Shown: one piece after another, positions 1-9,997 of the stretch | Layout: every line of letters begins with the position of its first letter | How positions within the stretch are numbered: the stretch's first letter is position 1 | Origin: a virus | Taxonomy: Duplodnaviria > Caudoviricetes | IMG/VR virus record: IMGVR_UViG_3300029288_000080 | Location: 32,001 to 96,000 of that record | DNA: 64,000 nucleotides | Reading direction: 5' to 3' (one strand) | Position numbers and translations under genes: made by a program | The notes under the pieces: model-generated | What the model saw: only the letters and a program-made list of their open reading frames with translations | The model's database searches: none | What the model was told of the DNA's origin: nothing

Positions 1-13
1 GGTGGGCGAGTAA

Positions 14-1654
<1,641 letters not shown>

Positions 1655-1806
1655 ACGTCCAGGCCGACGGCAACGACATCGTGGCAGAGATCCGGGCGGC
1701 TTTTGCGGTCGAAACATTGGCGGTGCATCGCTGGGAGCCCACCGGTTAGTTTTCTCTTTTTCGGGTCAAAACTCATCGGTAAAGTCTTGCTACCAAGAGG
1801 TGCTGG

Positions 1807-2076
1807 ATGTCTGCGTCTGATTCTGATGTGATTGCTGCCTTGCATACGGTCAGTGCTGCATTGGCCGGGTCGGGATACTTCCACCGGTCTGCGCAGTTAC
1901 ACGCGATCCGTAGACGCTGTTGCCTGGCTGCTGATGCTTTGGCGAAACTGCTCCAGGAGGCACAAGACGTCGACGCCGTGCGGACTGCCAAGGTTGTATT
2001 TGAGTCTGCCATGCAAGATGTGCGGGCTGTGCTACCGGCTGACCTGGCCGATAGTCTTCCGCTGCTTAAAAACTGA
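1807..2076 (+). CDS. hypothetical protein
   Basis: ORF with upstream GAGG, in strand with neighbours. Confidence 0.55.
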   Translation: MSASDSDVIAALHTVSAALAGSGYFHRSAQLHAIRRRCCLAADALAKLLQEAQDVDAVRTAKVVFESAMQDVRAVLPADLADSLPLLKN

Positions 2077-2153
2077 TCCTGGAATATTTTCTGTTCCTGG
2101 TTAGCCGGCAGGTAAAATGATCCTCGGCCTATTTCCGGGCCATGAGGATACCG

Positions 2154-3290
2154 ATGTATTTAACAGAAGTTCAAGACGTCTTCGACGTCAACAAGTACCT
2201 GTGGGGCCTGGCCCACCCAGTTGACCCGGTTGCCGTGGCGCAGCAGTATGATCTGGATCGTGCTGCTCTGGTGGCCCAGGCGCTCCGTGGCCGTAAGTCG
2301 GATACTGCGCCCAGGTCTAGTGCCGACGACGTAACCCATGACGTCATCCACGATGTTGTATTTTGGCGGGATTTTTGCCATGCTCCCGGGTTCCGTCAGC
2401 TGGTCACGCCGTGCCGCTGTACTAACCTTGACCCAGCGGTTGCTCCGTGTGCCGAGCCTACGGATATCCCCGACGGCATCACTACTCTGGTTCGCCACCA
2501 CAATGGCATCCCGCACGTCATCAAGATTCACTATCCTGTGCTCACGTGCCAAGACGGCGTAGCCACGTTGCATTGTCGTGACTGCGGTGTCGAGGTGACC
2601 GCTTCATCCGCAATCGAGGCGGTATGTCGGTGGAACCGCGAGACCATCGCGGTGGTTCCTGAAGACGACCAGATTACCGCGTATGTACCTAAGCCCGTGG
2701 GGCCTTCTCCCGAAGATGTCGTGGCGCTCCAGGCCGTCAAAGCAGAGCGCCGACTGCATAAAGACAAAATCAGACCGGCACAGGACAAAGCCCGCAGTAT
2801 CGTCCAGCACCTTCTTGCCCACCATCGACTACCAGACAGGAGTGCAGCCACAATCCTGGTGTTGTATCGTGAAAATGCCGTGGTGTACCTTGTGACAACC
2901 TCCGTGAGGAATGGGGACTCGCGTGACTTCTATGTCGGTGAGTGGCGCGGGGCAAAACGTGATTGCGGGGTTTTTGATCGTTATACGGACCCTGCCGCGT
3001 TGGCTCAGTGGGCTGACCAACTTGCCGCGACTCTGCAGGGTCATCAAGCAGTCCTATACTACCACCTGGACGCCGTGAAAAAGAACCAGGGGTGGTACGG
3101 CACCGAAGCAGTTAGGTGCGACGCCGGTTGGTTCGGTCCCATGGACCTGACCACCGTGATCGCCCAGGGGGCCATCCCCCAGGAACCCAAGTTCAACTTT
3201 TTGCTGCCCCGTGACCATCCTGGTCACCCGGATTTCGTCCAGACAGCACCGTCTGTTGACCATGAGGATACCGATGCCCCTTCACTTTGA
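2154..3290 (+). CDS. hypothetical protein with Lar-like Zn-finger (paralogue A)
   Basis: PCRC...CRDC...AIEAVCRWN pattern resembles the Lar restriction-alleviation Zn ribbon; RBS GAGGA before ATG 2154. Confidence 0.6.
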   Translation: MYLTEVQDVFDVNKYLWGLAHPVDPVAVAQQYDLDRAALVAQALRGRKSDTAPRSSADDVTHDVIHDVVFWRDFCHAPGFRQLVTPCRCTNLDPAVAPCAEPTDIPDGITTLVRHHNGIPHVIKIHYPVLTCQDGVATLHCRDCGVEVTASSAIEAVCRWNRETIAVVPEDDQITAYVPKPVGPSPEDVVALQAVKAERRLHKDKIRPAQDKARSIVQHLLAHHRLPDRSAATILVLYRENAVVYLVTTSVRNGDSRDFYVGEWRGAKRDCGVFDRYTDPAALAQWADQLAATLQGHQAVLYYHLDAVKKNQGWYGTEAVRCDAGWFGPMDLTTVIAQGAIPQEPKFNFLLPRDHPGHPDFVQTAPSVDHEDTDAPSL

Positions 3291-4468
3291 ACATGAGACA
3301 CAACAGCCGGACGCCAACGCCCGTGCCCGGTTGAATATTTGGTTACGTTGGGCCGCTACCGCGCCAGAGAAAATTGTCCAGCAGTGCATGTACGAGGTGA
3401 CACAGTGGTGGTGTCATGGAGATCCCCAGGAGAGTGCCCAGGCCAAGGAAGTGGAGTTTCTGACCAGATTGCGCGCAACAGTAGGGAGCGACGCCCTCCT
3501 CCACGTAGACTTGGCCGCGTACGCAGAACCTAAAGACGTGTTGGACGACCTAGCTTTTTGGCGGTTTTTCTGTGCCCAGCCTGGTTTCCACCAGATTGTT
3601 TGGCCTTGCAGGTGCACCAACAGGCCAGCAGGTAGTTCTGCCGAGGTGCCGACTCCACAGTACCCTAGTTTTGCTCCGGGTGATTCCGTGGTTTTGGCTT
3701 GCCCAAAGTGTTTCGTCAGTGTGGAGTCCGCCACTCCCCTGGGGGGCGATTTGTCGGTGGAATCATGAAACCAAGAAAGCGGCCGAGATTGCAGCGAAGC
3801 TACAGGAGGACAGCGGCGGGTACGGGCCCAGCCCTACGCCGGGAGAACCGTCCCCCGAGGGTGCAGCGCGACTTGAGGCCGTCAGGGCAGAGCGTCAGGC
3901 TACCCGTAGCACTCGTGGCCGCGCCCTGTATGATCGCCTTGCCGGCATCGTTAACTACCTGATGGACTACTGGAAAATCGTGCGACGAGACGGCCAGGTC
4001 GTCACGGTGTTGTATAAGGAAGACCGGGTTCCTTATCTGATCACCCGACAGGTTGACGCCAGGACCGGTACCGCCACGTACGCGGCCAGGTTGGCCAGGG
4101 GTGCAGAACTACTGTGTCTTCCCGGTGCATTAGACCATTTGTTTGTGGGGAAGCAGAAACCCGACCCTGCTGTCCAGCCAGAGGTGGTTAAGCACCAGAT
4201 CACACATCTCATTAATGAAAATGCGATTTTGCACGTACTGGACCACCATGTTGTGACGGGGTTGCTCAACCAAGAAACCCTTCCAGACACCGGTTGGACT
4301 GACCCGGTTGATTTGGCCGTCGCGATGGCAGCCGGGAAAATCCCGAAGGAACCGCCGTTTGCGGCCTCTGGGTCCCAACAGACAGTATCCCAGCAGACTC
4401 CGATCATTCAAATGAACCAGGACCAGGAAGGCCAAGAAATTAAGCAGTTTGCCGATAGCATCTTATAA
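3274..4468 (+). pseudogene. Frameshifted paralogue B of 2154..3290 (or assembly indel)
   Basis: ORFs 3211..3768 and 3572..4468 join across a G6 run at ~3741-3746 to give PCRC...CPKC...GAICRWN; shares FWRxFCxxPGF with paralogue A. Confidence 0.65.
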
Positions 4469-4480
4469 AGAGGTGTCCAG

Positions 4481-4969
4481 ATGACGTGTTGGCTTGACTA
4501 TACCCCAGAACCCGACGCTCCATTGGTCCAGCAGGTTCGCCAAGCGCTACAACAGGGTAGTGTTGATTCTTGGCTGCGGGACCTCTTGCCCTGCAGGATT
4601 GACGGCTGGTACGCGTTCAGCAATGCCGTGAAGCGCTATTTTGCCGACCAGCTGGTTTTAACGTGCACCCGTGGGGCCACACATCTTCGGGACGCCCTGG
4701 ACGCTGACCTCAACTGGGTTGTCCCTGATGACCACAAGCTGTTCGGTGTTTACGCCGCTGGTTCAACTCCGCAGCATGATTTTCATGTTCGTGGCCAGCA
4801 CGCGTACTGCACAGTTTGTGGCCGTCCAGTGCAGGTTACCCTATTCGGCAATGCCATTTTGTATGTGGTGCTGTGCCCTACCCTGACCCAGCAATATTTA
4901 GCCCCACCGCAGAAAAATACCGACCCTGGTGACGGAACGTACCGCTGGGTCTGCGAAGCCGTTGTTTGA
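4481..4969 (+). CDS. hypothetical protein (CTVC motif)
   Basis: ORF with RBS GAGGT. Confidence 0.6.
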   Translation: MTCWLDYTPEPDAPLVQQVRQALQQGSVDSWLRDLLPCRIDGWYAFSNAVKRYFADQLVLTCTRGATHLRDALDADLNWVVPDDHKLFGVYAAGSTPQHDFHVRGQHAYCTVCGRPVQVTLFGNAILYVVLCPTLTQQYLAPPQKNTDPGDGTYRWVCEAVV

Positions 4970-4994
4970 CGGGTGCAAGTGAGTATTGTGTATT

Positions 4995-6065
4995 ATGTCG
5001 ACGCAAACGACACCAGTAATTTCGTGTTCAACAGACACACCCCGTTGCGGCCTTGGGGACGCCATGCTGGACGATATGTCGGCATTGGCTGCCCCGCTTC
5101 CGCACAGCAACGTAGTAGGCATAGATCAACCACGGCTTCGGCGATTTCTTGACTATTTGAGCTTGGCCTGGCTTTCCCACGACTGCAGATTTAGCACACT
5201 GTATTTAGAGCACCCTACCGAGACACACTGGCGACTGGTCTGGTGGTGTCGATGGAATCTGTCCCCGACGGTGTGGGATGACGCCCGCCGTGCACTATTG
5301 TCAGACGACCAGGAGCAACTGGACGACAGTATTGACCTAGACTACAACTATGAAGAAGGTGGCCACGAGGGCATGGTGCGGCGACTTCGTGATGGGTTTG
5401 CCCCGTTGCTCGTTTCTGGCGTGACCCAGGGGCAACTACTGGGTCTTTTGCTGCCCTATTTACCTGCAAAACACGGTTCCAACAACGCCAAAGTTCTGCG
5501 GGATTTTATCACGGCTCGTCTTGTGGACCCACTGGCACAAGCGGGTAACCTCTACTACTGGTTTATCGACGATGACGACGCTGGCCCGCCCAACGCTGCT
5601 GTCGTGCTGGATTTGCCAGCTTGGCCTTGGGAAACGGTCTGGGAGCCTATGTGGCAAGAAGCGCAAAAGCGATCCAAAGAACTGCGTGATTGTATGGCAC
5701 GAGGTCACGTCACATACCTTGCCAAGATCGCCGCGATGATCGAGCCGGTAGACGGCCTCGTTACGGTGTACTTAGGTAACGAGTTTCCAGCGATTACCGA
5801 CCGCACCATCCAGGTGACGGCGGTGTGCCGACCAGTAACGCGCAGGGCCGTTCATGACGATGGCTCTCCTGCAAAATCTCCGCTAGTTCTCTCTGGGTGC
5901 TATCATATTCTGGACGACATCGAAGCCAGTGCCGTGTTGCCCACCGACGAGTTATACGTGCGGGTTTGGCAATCAGATTTAGAGCAGTTCGGTAATAAAG
6001 ACTACACAGTCCCTGCAGTTTCAACCAAGCGTTTTCATGAACTTGGTCAGGCGAGCACGAAATAG
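4995..6065 (+). CDS. hypothetical protein
   Basis: Long ORF; no family recognised. Confidence 0.65.
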   Translation: MSTQTTPVISCSTDTPRCGLGDAMLDDMSALAAPLPHSNVVGIDQPRLRRFLDYLSLAWLSHDCRFSTLYLEHPTETHWRLVWWCRWNLSPTVWDDARRALLSDDQEQLDDSIDLDYNYEEGGHEGMVRRLRDGFAPLLVSGVTQGQLLGLLLPYLPAKHGSNNAKVLRDFITARLVDPLAQAGNLYYWFIDDDDAGPPNAAVVLDLPAWPWETVWEPMWQEAQKRSKELRDCMARGHVTYLAKIAAMIEPVDGLVTVYLGNEFPAITDRTIQVTAVCRPVTRRAVHDDGSPAKSPLVLSGCYHILDDIEASAVLPTDELYVRVWQSDLEQFGNKDYTVPAVSTKRFHELGQASTK

Positions 6066-6133
6066 GTCGGTAAAATCTCCTCACGGCATTATTGCCGACG
6101 GCGCCCCTAACACCAACAAAGGAGGCCAGCGCC

Positions 6134-6865
6134 ATGTCGATCGCCCACGATGCCCAGGGAACCATGGATTTATTTGTCCAGTTCAGCAAATGTCTCGGAG
6201 CCTTGCCCTTCGTCGAGGAGGAAGGATTCCAGCAACTTCGCGGCCGGATCATCGCGGCCATGAACAAAATCCTTGACGAGCAGAAGATGCCCCAGGTTAA
6301 TACTCCTCCAGTGACCGAATCGGAACCTGCGGAAAAGGCATTTTCTTTCGCAGGAGGCTGCAGCGACCCCACGGCGTCCAAAAGCAAGCAACCCGCCACT
6401 GACCTGCTGTATCTTCTGCTGAACCTGAATCTTTTGCCCGACGACATTGCCTATTGTCTTTCGGCATCCCCGTGGATGCAAGGGCCTACTGTCGCGATTG
6501 GGACGACACTGGGTCAGGTGTTCAAGATCATGGTGGAGAAACAGGACGCTGAAATCCACGTGGCAGATTTAGTGGTTGATGGTGCGGCACGACGTTGTTG
6601 TGGCCACGATTGTCAGTATGTAACAACCAACTATGGCACTTCTATGAAGTGCGCCCTGAACGCCGCAGACCCACAAGACCTCACTGCTATCCCGAGGGAT
6701 TCTCAAGATTTCGTGATGGACTGCACTGCGCTGTGTGCCATGGCTCGTGGAGTTACTGGCAAGGCTAAAGTAACATTGGTGGACAAGCCAGCGGTATTTA
6801 CCCACGCCCATTCAATGTGGATTCGTAAACTCCAAGATGAGTCCTGTAAACCCTCGGCCGAGTAG
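6134..6865 (+). CDS. hypothetical Cys-rich protein
   Basis: RBS GGAGG before ATG 6134. Confidence 0.6.
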   Translation: MSIAHDAQGTMDLFVQFSKCLGALPFVEEEGFQQLRGRIIAAMNKILDEQKMPQVNTPPVTESEPAEKAFSFAGGCSDPTASKSKQPATDLLYLLLNLNLLPDDIAYCLSASPWMQGPTVAIGTTLGQVFKIMVEKQDAEIHVADLVVDGAARRCCGHDCQYVTTNYGTSMKCALNAADPQDLTAIPRDSQDFVMDCTALCAMARGVTGKAKVTLVDKPAVFTHAHSMWIRKLQDESCKPSAE

Positions 6866-6928
6866 TCCGTCCTGTTTTCACGATCCCGCACGTTAATCTT
6901 AACCAAACCCCCGAAAGGAGTTGTTCAA

Positions 6929-7990
6929 GTGGACCCAGTTCCCGACCCTAGTGACGACGTCTCGCTGATCCCTGATTTCTCCCAGTCCAAGCAACAGATC
7001 CATTGGCACGACTGGACCTGGCAGCTGTCCAATAGTTTCGCGCCGCCTGGCCCCGAAGTCCCATTCCCGGCCCGCTGCACCCCGTACTACTGGGACCTGC
7101 TGGAGCAGTTGGGCCCTGACCACCCGTTGCACCGCACCGTCGTGCCCGACGTTGCCGAGTTGATTGTGGCGCCCTGCGAGCAGCAGGACCCACTCGGCGA
7201 GGAACACGACTCCCCTGTTCCAGGTCTCGTGCACCGCTATCCAGACCGTGTCCTCTTGCTCGTGACCAACCAGTGTGCGGCGTACTGCCGGTACTGCACG
7301 AGGTCCAGGCAGGTCGGCCGCAGTAACGGCGGCTACAACTACGAGGCCATCCAGTATATCCGGCAGCATCCAGAAATCCGCGACGTCGTGATCTCGGGTG
7401 GTGACCCCTTGACACTCCCGACCGGCCAGATCGAGACGATCCTGGCGAAGCTCTCGGCCATCCCGCACGTCGAGATGGTGAGGATCGGGACCAAGGTTCC
7501 GCTGGTCTTGCCCCAAAGGATTGACCCTGACCTTTGCGAAGTGCTACGCCGATTTCATCCGTGGATTTCAATCCACTGCACTCATCCCGACGAGATCACC
7601 CCGGAGGCCGAAGCCGCGTTGAACCGACTGGCTTCCTGCGGGTGCCCCCTGGGCGCTCAAACCGTGCTGCTCAAGGGTATCAACGACGACCCTGAGGTCA
7701 TCCGGAGCCTCATGGTCAAGTTGCTGAAGAATCGTGTCCGCCCCTACTACCTCTATCAGTGCGACCCTGTCCCAGGAACCAGCCATTTCCGCACTGATCC
7801 CCAAGTGGGTGTTGGGATTCTGCGGCACCTTCAGGGCAAGATCAGTGGCTACGGGATCCCCAGGTTCGTCATTGACCTACCTGGTGGTGGCGGCAAAATC
7901 CCGTTGAATCCTGATTATGTCGTGGACCGAGACCCCGATGGCATCGACCTGGAAAACTGGCAGGGCGGGCGGTTCCGGTATCCTGGCTAA
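6929..7990 (+). CDS. kamA: KamA-family radical SAM protein (lysine 2,3-aminomutase/EpmB-like)
   Basis: GLVHRYPDRVLL, CAAYCRYC (CxxxCxxC), ISGGDPL, QTVLLKGIND, PYYLYQCD, DLPGGGGK (PLP lysine). Confidence 0.9.
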   Translation: MDPVPDPSDDVSLIPDFSQSKQQIHWHDWTWQLSNSFAPPGPEVPFPARCTPYYWDLLEQLGPDHPLHRTVVPDVAELIVAPCEQQDPLGEEHDSPVPGLVHRYPDRVLLLVTNQCAAYCRYCTRSRQVGRSNGGYNYEAIQYIRQHPEIRDVVISGGDPLTLPTGQIETILAKLSAIPHVEMVRIGTKVPLVLPQRIDPDLCEVLRRFHPWISIHCTHPDEITPEAEAALNRLASCGCPLGAQTVLLKGINDDPEVIRSLMVKLLKNRVRPYYLYQCDPVPGTSHFRTDPQVGVGILRHLQGKISGYGIPRFVIDLPGGGGKIPLNPDYVVDRDPDGIDLENWQGGRFRYPG

Positions 7991-7997
7991 AGTCCCC

Positions 7998-8025
7998 TTG
8001 ACACCGTCCTAACCCACCTTATCTT
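7998..8025 (+). promoter_or_regulatory. sigma70-like promoter for hsp20
   Basis: TTGACA-16 nt-TATCTT. Confidence 0.5.
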
Positions 8026-8057
8026 GGGCCCCACAATTTCCAAGGAGGCCCACAGCC

Positions 8058-8438
8058 ATGTTCTCTCCGTATGCTTCGCTACTTGATTCTCTGCTGCGCC
8101 ACGACTACCAGGACCACGATGACCCTGTGGTGCCCAGGTGCAACCTGTACCCCCAGGACCGAGACTACATTGTGCAGGTCCAGATGCCTGGGGTGCCCCG
8201 CGATGCCATCGACATCCAGGTGGATCGAGGCATCCTGACGATCCAGGGGAAGTCGGAAATCCCCGGGACGCCAGACCCGACTCGTCAAGAATTCAAGTCC
8301 ACTGTTTATCGTCGAGAGTTCCACGTGGCCGACGAGGTGGACGTCGCGAGCATCACGGCCAAACACCAGGACGGCATCCTGACCCTCACGGTCCCGCGAG
8401 GCAAGGCTACCCAGGCCCACAAGATTTCGGTCCAGTAG
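8058..8438 (+). CDS. Hsp20/alpha-crystallin small heat shock protein
   Basis: MPGVPRDAIDIQVDRGILTI and ITAKHQDGILTLTVP signature, C-terminal ISV. Confidence 0.9.
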   Translation: MFSPYASLLDSLLRHDYQDHDDPVVPRCNLYPQDRDYIVQVQMPGVPRDAIDIQVDRGILTIQGKSEIPGTPDPTRQEFKSTVYRREFHVADEVDVASITAKHQDGILTLTVPRGKATQAHKISVQ

Positions 8439-8445
8439 AAAAAGA

Positions 8446-8474
8446 TTGACATCGGCCTGGGTCCACGGTAAAGT
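8446..8474 (+). promoter_or_regulatory. sigma70-like promoter
   Basis: TTGACA-17 nt-TAAAGT just upstream of ATG 8481 (possibly leaderless). Confidence 0.55.
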
Positions 8475-8480
8475 ACCTAC

Positions 8481-8924
8481 ATGGACCCCAAGGTCACGAC
8501 CGAAATCAGAAACCAAGTGGACCAGGTGCTGGTTCGTCTGGCCCGAGTGCCCGAGCAGCCCCCGGGGCTCGGGTGGGACCCCCAGGATCTCAATGGTGCC
8601 TGTGCCGTGGCCTCGTGGCTGTTGTTCCGCGCCCTACGGGACCAAGGCGTCGAGGCCGACTTCTGCATTTCGGCCGACGAGGGCCATTGTTTCTGCATGG
8701 TCGGGGACTTCGTGGTGGACCCAACTGCTCGCCAGTTCGGTTTCTGCCCTGACGTGGTGGTCGCGGAGACTCAGTACCTGACCCAGCGGTATCGACAGGG
8801 CGACGAGGAGTTCCCTTGGGCCCTGGGCCGCAGGGTCTCGACCGAGCCCGAGATCCAGGAGATCCTGGCGGACTGGACCCCGGACCAGCAGCCCCGCTAT
8901 TATCAGGATAAGGGGATCCTCTAA
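8481..8924 (+). CDS. putative transglutaminase/papain-like fold protein
   Basis: Cys (GACAVAS), His (GHCF) and Asp (VVDPT) in the order typical of a C-H-D triad. Confidence 0.5.
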   Translation: MDPKVTTEIRNQVDQVLVRLARVPEQPPGLGWDPQDLNGACAVASWLLFRALRDQGVEADFCISADEGHCFCMVGDFVVDPTARQFGFCPDVVVAETQYLTQRYRQGDEEFPWALGRRVSTEPEIQEILADWTPDQQPRYYQDKGIL

Positions 8925-9202
8925 TGCCGATTGACCAGTATTGCACGTGCACGGTTCTGGTGGAGCGGGGCCCAGATCGCCCCGTGGGTGGTTGCATCAG
9001 GGCCTTGTCCTACACCATCTGGAGTATCTCGGAGATCCCCGACCATGTGGTCCAGTGGCTCGCGAGCAATTCTATCGTGGTGGGGCCGGGCTGCCAGGGC
9101 CAGCGGTTCAGTATCGCGGCTCGGGGACGAGGCAACCACCAGGATCACTTGCACCTAACCCACTGGGTCCAGGTCGACTGGACCATTGATTCGGGAGATT
9201 AA
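8924..9202 (+). CDS. hypothetical protein
   Basis: TAATG translational coupling with the upstream gene. Confidence 0.55.
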   Translation: MPIDQYCTCTVLVERGPDRPVGGCIRALSYTIWSISEIPDHVVQWLASNSIVVGPGCQGQRFSIAARGRGNHQDHLHLTHWVQVDWTIDSGD

Positions 9203-9212
9203 ACAACGGTTT

Positions 9213-9292
9213 GGCCCATGGGTCGCGGACAGGATTTGATGCTCAGATGCGGGGCACCATAACCAACCCTAATGGTCCGCGGCCCTTGGGTC
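9213..9292 (+). ncRNA. candidate structured ncRNA (18-bp terminal stem, ~44-nt loop)
   Basis: GGCCCATGGGTCGCGGAC (9213-9230) pairs with GTCCGCGGCCCTTGGGTC (9275-9292) with G-U pairs and one mismatch; followed by AATTTTT. Confidence 0.45.
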
Positions 9293-9314
9293 AATTTTTC
9301 AGGTAAAGGTTTGA

Positions 9315-9386
9315 GGGCCTGTCATCTACTGGCTAGGATCTGGGGCTCATAACCCCATGAACACGGATCGGAACCGTGCGGGCCCA
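9315..9386 (+). tRNA. tRNA with CAT anticodon (Met, initiator-like), atypical T-loop
   Basis: Acceptor GGGCCTG/CGGGCCC, D-stem ATCT/GGAT, anticodon arm TGGGG-CTCATAA-CCCCA, T-arm CACGG-ATCGGAA-CCGTG, discriminator A, no encoded CCA. Confidence 0.85.
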
Positions 9387-9404
9387 TAGTCAGAAAGCTA
9401 ATCC

Positions 9405-9872
9405 ATGCACGGCTACGGTACTGCTAAAAATGACAAACATGCTTGGCTGACACGGTCAGGCTCTCGGTCAACTGTGCCGAGCCCGCGTGGGCACTTCTTC
9501 GACTTGGTTGCACCAGAAAATCTTGAAGAACTGCCCTTGAATCAGCAGCGCAATATTGTTGCGAGGCAGTTTGAACTTGGCTGTGAGAAACTGAAGGCCC
9601 TGAAAGCTGACGCCAAAACGACCGTGCTGTCGCGCCGCCAGTATGACGCCTTGCGGGCCGAGTTGGTCGAGCGAAATACTTTCTGGTCGATTAAGTTGCA
9701 GGAGATCAACCGACAGATCAGTGCCGTGAGCACTCCGCCATTTTCCAAGGTTTTTCTTGAGGTCGCGAAGGAGATGCTCCCGACTGATGTTTTCCGACGA
9801 ATCTACGAGGCAACCCAGAAACGTCTCGAGGAGGTCCAGGAGGCGCGTAAAACAGAGGGTGTTGCTCGTTGA
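9405..9872 (+). CDS. hypothetical coiled-coil protein
   Basis: ORF, helical composition. Confidence 0.6.
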   Translation: MHGYGTAKNDKHAWLTRSGSRSTVPSPRGHFFDLVAPENLEELPLNQQRNIVARQFELGCEKLKALKADAKTTVLSRRQYDALRAELVERNTFWSIKLQEINRQISAVSTPPFSKVFLEVAKEMLPTDVFRRIYEATQKRLEEVQEARKTEGVAR

Positions 9873-9997
9873 TCCAGGAGGCAAGATGAACCCGAGTCAG
9901 ACTGGCAGACAAAGGTTTACGTTTGAATGGCTTGAAGGTGGGGAAGCACACTTAACTGCGCTTAAACAGTGTACGTCGAGAATCAGAAATACCTACA

